Shown here piece by piece: positions 56,753 through 64,000 of a stretch of DNA of 64,000 nt (position 1 is the first letter of the stretch; every line of letters begins with the position of its first letter). The notes beneath the pieces were generated by a model, which saw nothing but the letters and a program-made list of their open reading frames with translations, had not been told where the DNA came from and made no database searches. Where the stretch lies: positions 768,001 through 832,000 of the forward strand of contig CAWJAX010000003.1 of NCBI GenBank assembly GCA_963841015.1, given 5' to 3'. The position numbers were made by a program, and so were the translations under genes. Source of the stretch: an uncultured Methanoregulaceae archaeon. Lineage in GTDB: Archaea; Halobacteriota; Methanomicrobia; Methanomicrobiales; Methanospirillaceae.

Positions 56753-57029
56753 TTACATCAATAGAAAGTTCTGGTTTTTTTTGAGAACGATAAAACCGAT
56801 TCCGATTGCACCAAGAATTACCATGATCCCAACAGGGGATTCCTTTGGAGTGTCTGGCGGCCAGGGTGTTATGGGGTTTTCTGGGGGTTGTCCCGGTAGT
56901 GATACCATCCAGAAGCACCGCGGCTCCGGAGGGAAGGGAACTCACCGAAATATTACACACAGAAGTAACCGCAACCGGGATGACGAGGATTGCTGATAAC
57001 AGACAGAATATGAAATTATTTTTTTTCAT
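56753..57029 (-). pseudogene. Internally deleted PEGA-domain surface protein remnant
   Basis: Signal peptide and half PEGA (ISVSSLPSGAAVLLDG...TTP) joined out of frame to TPWPPDTPKESPVG-TM-KK anchor. Confidence 0.6.
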
Positions 57030-57111
57030 AACTTTTACAACCGATTTTCTCTGCTGATTAAAAGAATGGGCTCTAGAATTCCTTTTCCATTGATATGAAA
57101 TTCAAGATGCT

Positions 57112-57276
57112 GGTCCGAATGAAGGAGGGGACAGTGCCTGTCCCCCCATGCCGCCCCTGCGCTGAGCGAGGATGACGTAGCACCTGTTCAGGAGTTATCG
57201 CATCGGGGGAGCCACAGCGGCGGGGGTGAAACCCCCTCCGAGCGTTTAGCTTGTAATTGAGCATTTCACCTGAGCA
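57112..57276 (+). repeat. Dispersed intergenic repeat, copy C (best preserved, two hairpins)
   Basis: GGGGACAG-TGC-CTGTCCCC at 57127-57145 and GGGGG-TGAAA-CCCCC at 57222-57236; aligns with copies A, B and E. Confidence 0.85.
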
Positions 57277-57392
57277 AAAGAATGCGCAATTCGCATCACA
57301 TATATTTAGTTAATTTTTTTCTTCAGGAGATTTCTCAGCGAACCATGACACAGATTAATTATCACGGAACACGAACCTTAATGGCGTCAGGT

Positions 57393-57467
57393 GGGCCTGT
57401 GGCTTAGCTCGGACATAGCGCCGGGCTTCTAACCCGGATGTCGGGGGTTCGAATCCCCCCAGGCCCG
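57393..57467 (+). tRNA. tRNA-Arg(TCT)
   Basis: GGGCCTG acceptor, CCGGG-CTTCTAA-CCCGG, GGTTCGAATCC. Confidence 0.96.
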
Positions 57468-57749
57468 TTTTAATAATCCACCGTACTGTTTTTCAGCCTT
57501 ATCCGTGATTCATAGGAGTATTGCACCATTCTCCGGCAAGTGCGAGATTTCTTTTTTTGCGACCAGCAGAAAGGATCAAGTATCCGGATTCAAGATGTAA
57601 TAATTCGGGGTTTTATCGGCAATAAAAACAGGATACAGTGCCATTTTCATTACCAACTCGTAAAGGAAATAACGAGAGAAAATATAATCAGAATAGTATA
57701 CCAAAATTCAGATCGAAAAAGTGTTCCTGTTCAAAGGACCAAAACCCCA

Positions 57750-57905
57750 GACGCTTCAGGGGCTTCACCCCGCCACTATGGCGCTCCGGTTGCGATGGCG
57801 TTTGTATAACCAAGGATCAGGTATACCGGTAATACAGATGAATCGCATGCGCCCCCCAAAAGGGGGCAGGGCTGGCGCAATGGGTGCGGGGCCAGGGCGT
57901 TCAAT
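57750..57905 (-). repeat. Related repeat, copy D (shares only the 3' ~50 bp; has its own GC hairpin)
   Basis: Reverse complement ATCGCAACCGGAGCGCCATAGTGGCGGGGTGAAGCCCCTGAAGCGT; hairpin GCCCCC-CAAAA-GGGGGC at 57851-57867. Confidence 0.65.
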
Positions 57906-58025
57906 ACAACAAGAAATTAATCGATGATATGTTACTATCCCCTTAAAAATATTATGAACGGCAGATGTCGATAAACTGTTTAAATTTTTTTTGAAAAAGG
58001 AGAACCGAGAAGCAAACTAAAAAAA

Positions 58026-58502
58026 TTATTCCTGAATTTGTTCATCAGCTGGCTGTCCATCTGTCGGTTTCTGAAGGATCTGAACATCCATAATGTTGTG
58101 CTGGCGCTGGGAGAGTTTTTTTGCCTTGAAGATATTCTTCCCATCCTTGCCAATTGCAATGCCCCGGTCTTCATCCCGAACTTCAACCTGAACCGTCTGC
58201 TCTTCTGGCTCCCCTTCGAACAGGATTGAAGTAACCTGTGCCGGTAAAAAACAGTTTCTGATAAACTGTTCGGGATTGCTGTTGTATTCCACAACTTCAA
58301 TCTTCTTGCCCATCACTTCCGAGGCTTTTTTGATTGAGGCACCTTTTTTACCGATAGCCAGGCCCATATCACCGGGATTTATTACAAAAATAAGGCGTGC
58401 GTTGCGCTCATCCACAACACAGTCACGGCTTCCCGCGCCGGTAAGGCTCTCAAACTGGGAGATCAGACGCATACAGTCTTCAGTCAGTTTAACTTCAACC
58501 AT
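58026..58502 (-). CDS. nusA: Archaeal NusA
   Basis: Two KH motifs AIGKKG and AIGKDG; in the rpo operon. Confidence 0.93.
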   Translation of the reverse strand: MVEVKLTEDCMRLISQFESLTGAGSRDCVVDERNARLIFVINPGDMGLAIGKKGASIKKASEVMGKKIEVVEYNSNPEQFIRNCFLPAQVTSILFEGEPEEQTVQVEVRDEDRGIAIGKDGKNIFKAKKLSQRQHNIMDVQILQKPTDGQPADEQIQE

Positions 58503-58503
58503 A

Positions 58504-58794
58504 TCATACCCTCTTAAGAGAGAGAATGTCTGACTCGCCAGGAGTAACAATAGCAAGCGTGCTTACCATGAAGGGTTTTCCGCATGCTTTGCCGAGTGCC
58601 ACGCTGGAGCCCTCGAAGGTATGGATGAAAAGATTCTCATAGCCCGAAAGTTTGGATTTGAAGGTCGCCGGACAATTGCCCGCTACGACGATCATCTGAG
58701 CTTTGCCCTCTTTTATGCATTTTTCCGTGTTGTTCTGGCCAAGAATTACATTTCCTGTCTTGATGGCTCTTCTGAGTGAAGCATTAAAATCCAT
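58504..58794 (-). CDS. rpl30e: 50S ribosomal protein L30e
   Basis: AIKTGNVILG, LGKACGKPF, PGESDIL. Confidence 0.95.
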   Translation of the reverse strand: MDFNASLRRAIKTGNVILGQNNTEKCIKEGKAQMIVVAGNCPATFKSKLSGYENLFIHTFEGSSVALGKACGKPFMVSTLAIVTPGESDILSLKRV

Positions 58795-58828
58795 GTACAA
58801 TTCCTCTGGTTTTTAAGGTTATTCCGTT

Positions 58829-62643
<3,815 letters not shown>

Positions 62644-62654
62644 GGCGCACCTCT

Positions 62655-64000
62655 TCAGACCACATCTTGCAGTCTTAATCTTGGGGCAATCCCCATACTC
62701 TTCATCTCATCCAGCAGGAGCTTAAAGGCATAACTCATCTCGACAGAATAAATGTCTGTCTCGTTACCACAGGCAAGGCAACGGGTCATATTTCTTTTAC
62801 GGTCCAGCATCGCGACCATCCCACAGTGAGCACAGACATATTCATTGACTTTATCGGATTCATCCAGTAAACGTTCTTTGAGAGCCATTGCTGCACCGTG
62901 ACCAATCATGACATCCCGCTCCATTTCACCAAACCGCAGACCTCCTTCACGGGCCCTGCCTTCTGTTGGCTGGCGGGTGAGCACCTGCACCGGTCCGCGT
63001 GACCGTGCATGCATCTTTGACGACACCATGTGGTAGAGTTTCTGATAATAGATGACGCCCACATACACATCCGCTTTGAATTGCTTGCCGGTCAGGCCAT
63101 CATACATGATTTCACGTCCATTGTGGGAGAAACCAAGTTTCTTGAGTGATGACCGGATGTCAGCTTCGCTCTCACCGCGAAATGCTGTACCGTTAATCCT
63201 CCGCCCTTCAAGCGCCCCTACCTTGCCCCCAATCATTTCGAGCATATGCCCGACAGTCATACGACTGGGAATAGCGTGGGGATTGATAACGAGATCCGGA
63301 CAGAGTCCACTCTCAGTAAAAGGCATATCTTCCTGGTGTGTTATCAGTCCTACGACTCCTTTCTGCCCGTGTCGGGAGGCAAACTTGTCTCCGACTTCAG
63401 GAATACGAAGGTCACGTGTTCTGACCTTGACAAGCCGGGAACTGTTCTCTCCTTCTGTTATGATCACGGTGTCAACAATGCCGTGCTCATTACTGCGCAT
63501 TGTGACTGATGTGTCGCGACGTTTCTCAACGGCAATGAGTTCCCCTGATGGCTCTTCAAGGAACCGTGGTGGAGAAGTCTTGCCGATCAGAACATCTTTT
63601 TCTGCTACAACCGTTTCAGGATTGATCACACCGTCTTCGTCGAGGTTCTTATACGACTCGGCGCCGTGTGCCCCGGCAACATCTTCTTCCGGGACTTCAA
63701 TCCTGTCGATCTGACCACCCGGATAACGGCGTTCTTCCCCTTCATAGGTTCGGAAGAAATGGGAGCGTCCGAGTCCCCGCTCAATTGAAGCCTTGTTGAA
63801 AATAAGTGCATCTTCAATGTTGTACCCTTCATAGGAAAGAATTGCAACAACAAAGTTCTGCCCTGCCGGACGGTCATCGGAACCTATTAACTCAGAAGTC
63901 TGAGTGTGGGTCAGGGGCTTTTGCACGTAATGGAGCAGGTGGCCCCGGGTATCAGGGCGCAGCTTCATATTAGCGGTCCCAAACCCGAGTGCCTGTTTGA
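62655..64000 (-). CDS. rpoB1: RNA polymerase subunit B' (C-terminal part; starts beyond the window)
   Basis: [33 protein letters not shown]. Confidence 0.96.
   Translation of the reverse strand, partial: KQALGFGTANMKLRPDTRGHLLHYVQKPLTHTQTSELIGSDDRPAGQNFVVAILSYEGYNIEDALIFNKASIERGLGRSHFFRTYEGEERRYPGGQIDRIEVPEEDVAGAHGAESYKNLDEDGVINPETVVAEKDVLIGKTSPPRFLEEPSGELIAVEKRRDTSVTMRSNEHGIVDTVIITEGENSSRLVKVRTRDLRIPEVGDKFASRHGQKGVVGLITHQEDMPFTESGLCPDLVINPHAIPSRMTVGHMLEMIGGKVGALEGRRINGTAFRGESEADIRSSLKKLGFSHNGREIMYDGLTGKQFKADVYVGVIYYQKLYHMVSSKMHARSRGPVQVLTRQPTEGRAREGGLRFGEMERDVMIGHGAAMALKERLLDESDKVNEYVCAHCGMVAMLDRKRNMTRCLACGNETDIYSVEMSYAFKLLLDEMKSMGIAPRLRLQDVV

Noticed and set aside
57112-57276. Repeat as a hammerhead ribozyme or CRISPR array
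   Set aside because: No conserved CUGANGA core across copies; copies are dispersed and lack regular repeat-spacer periodicity; no cas genes

Overview
Core-genome window of a methanogenic archaeon. Gene content and style (F420 reductase, MptD, pantoate kinase/PPS, split RpoA'/A'' and RpoB', two RFC small subunits, DUF3821/PEGA surface proteins) suggest Methanomicrobiales, probably Methanoregula-like; this is inference. It holds about 60 mostly housekeeping genes (minD, hisI, tbp, lhr, rfc x2, mcm, coaBC, secDF, archease/rtcB, aglJ, aglB, PINA, leuS, nusA-rpl30e-rpoA2-rpoA1-rpoB1) and three tRNAs (Arg-GCG, Leu-CAG, Arg-TCT). I found no transposase, integrase, prophage or CRISPR array. Main observations: (1) an unannotated ~160-bp GC-rich intergenic repeat with hairpins, present five times; (2) about 16 single-base indels that break essential genes and all lie at the palindromes AGCT, GTAC or CCGG, probably long-read errors that expose the host methylome; (3) a ribbon-helix-helix/acyl-CoA synthetase fusion whose TATA box is bracketed by an inverted repeat; (4) two internally duplicated genes (DUF2226-like x2 and V4R x2) next to minD; (5) two mini-TPR proteins ending in LYCGR; (6) an AglB with VWDAG in place of WWDYG; (7) a rubredoxin with an in-frame TAA that the ORF track missed. 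All family assignments are by eye from motifs; no searches were run.
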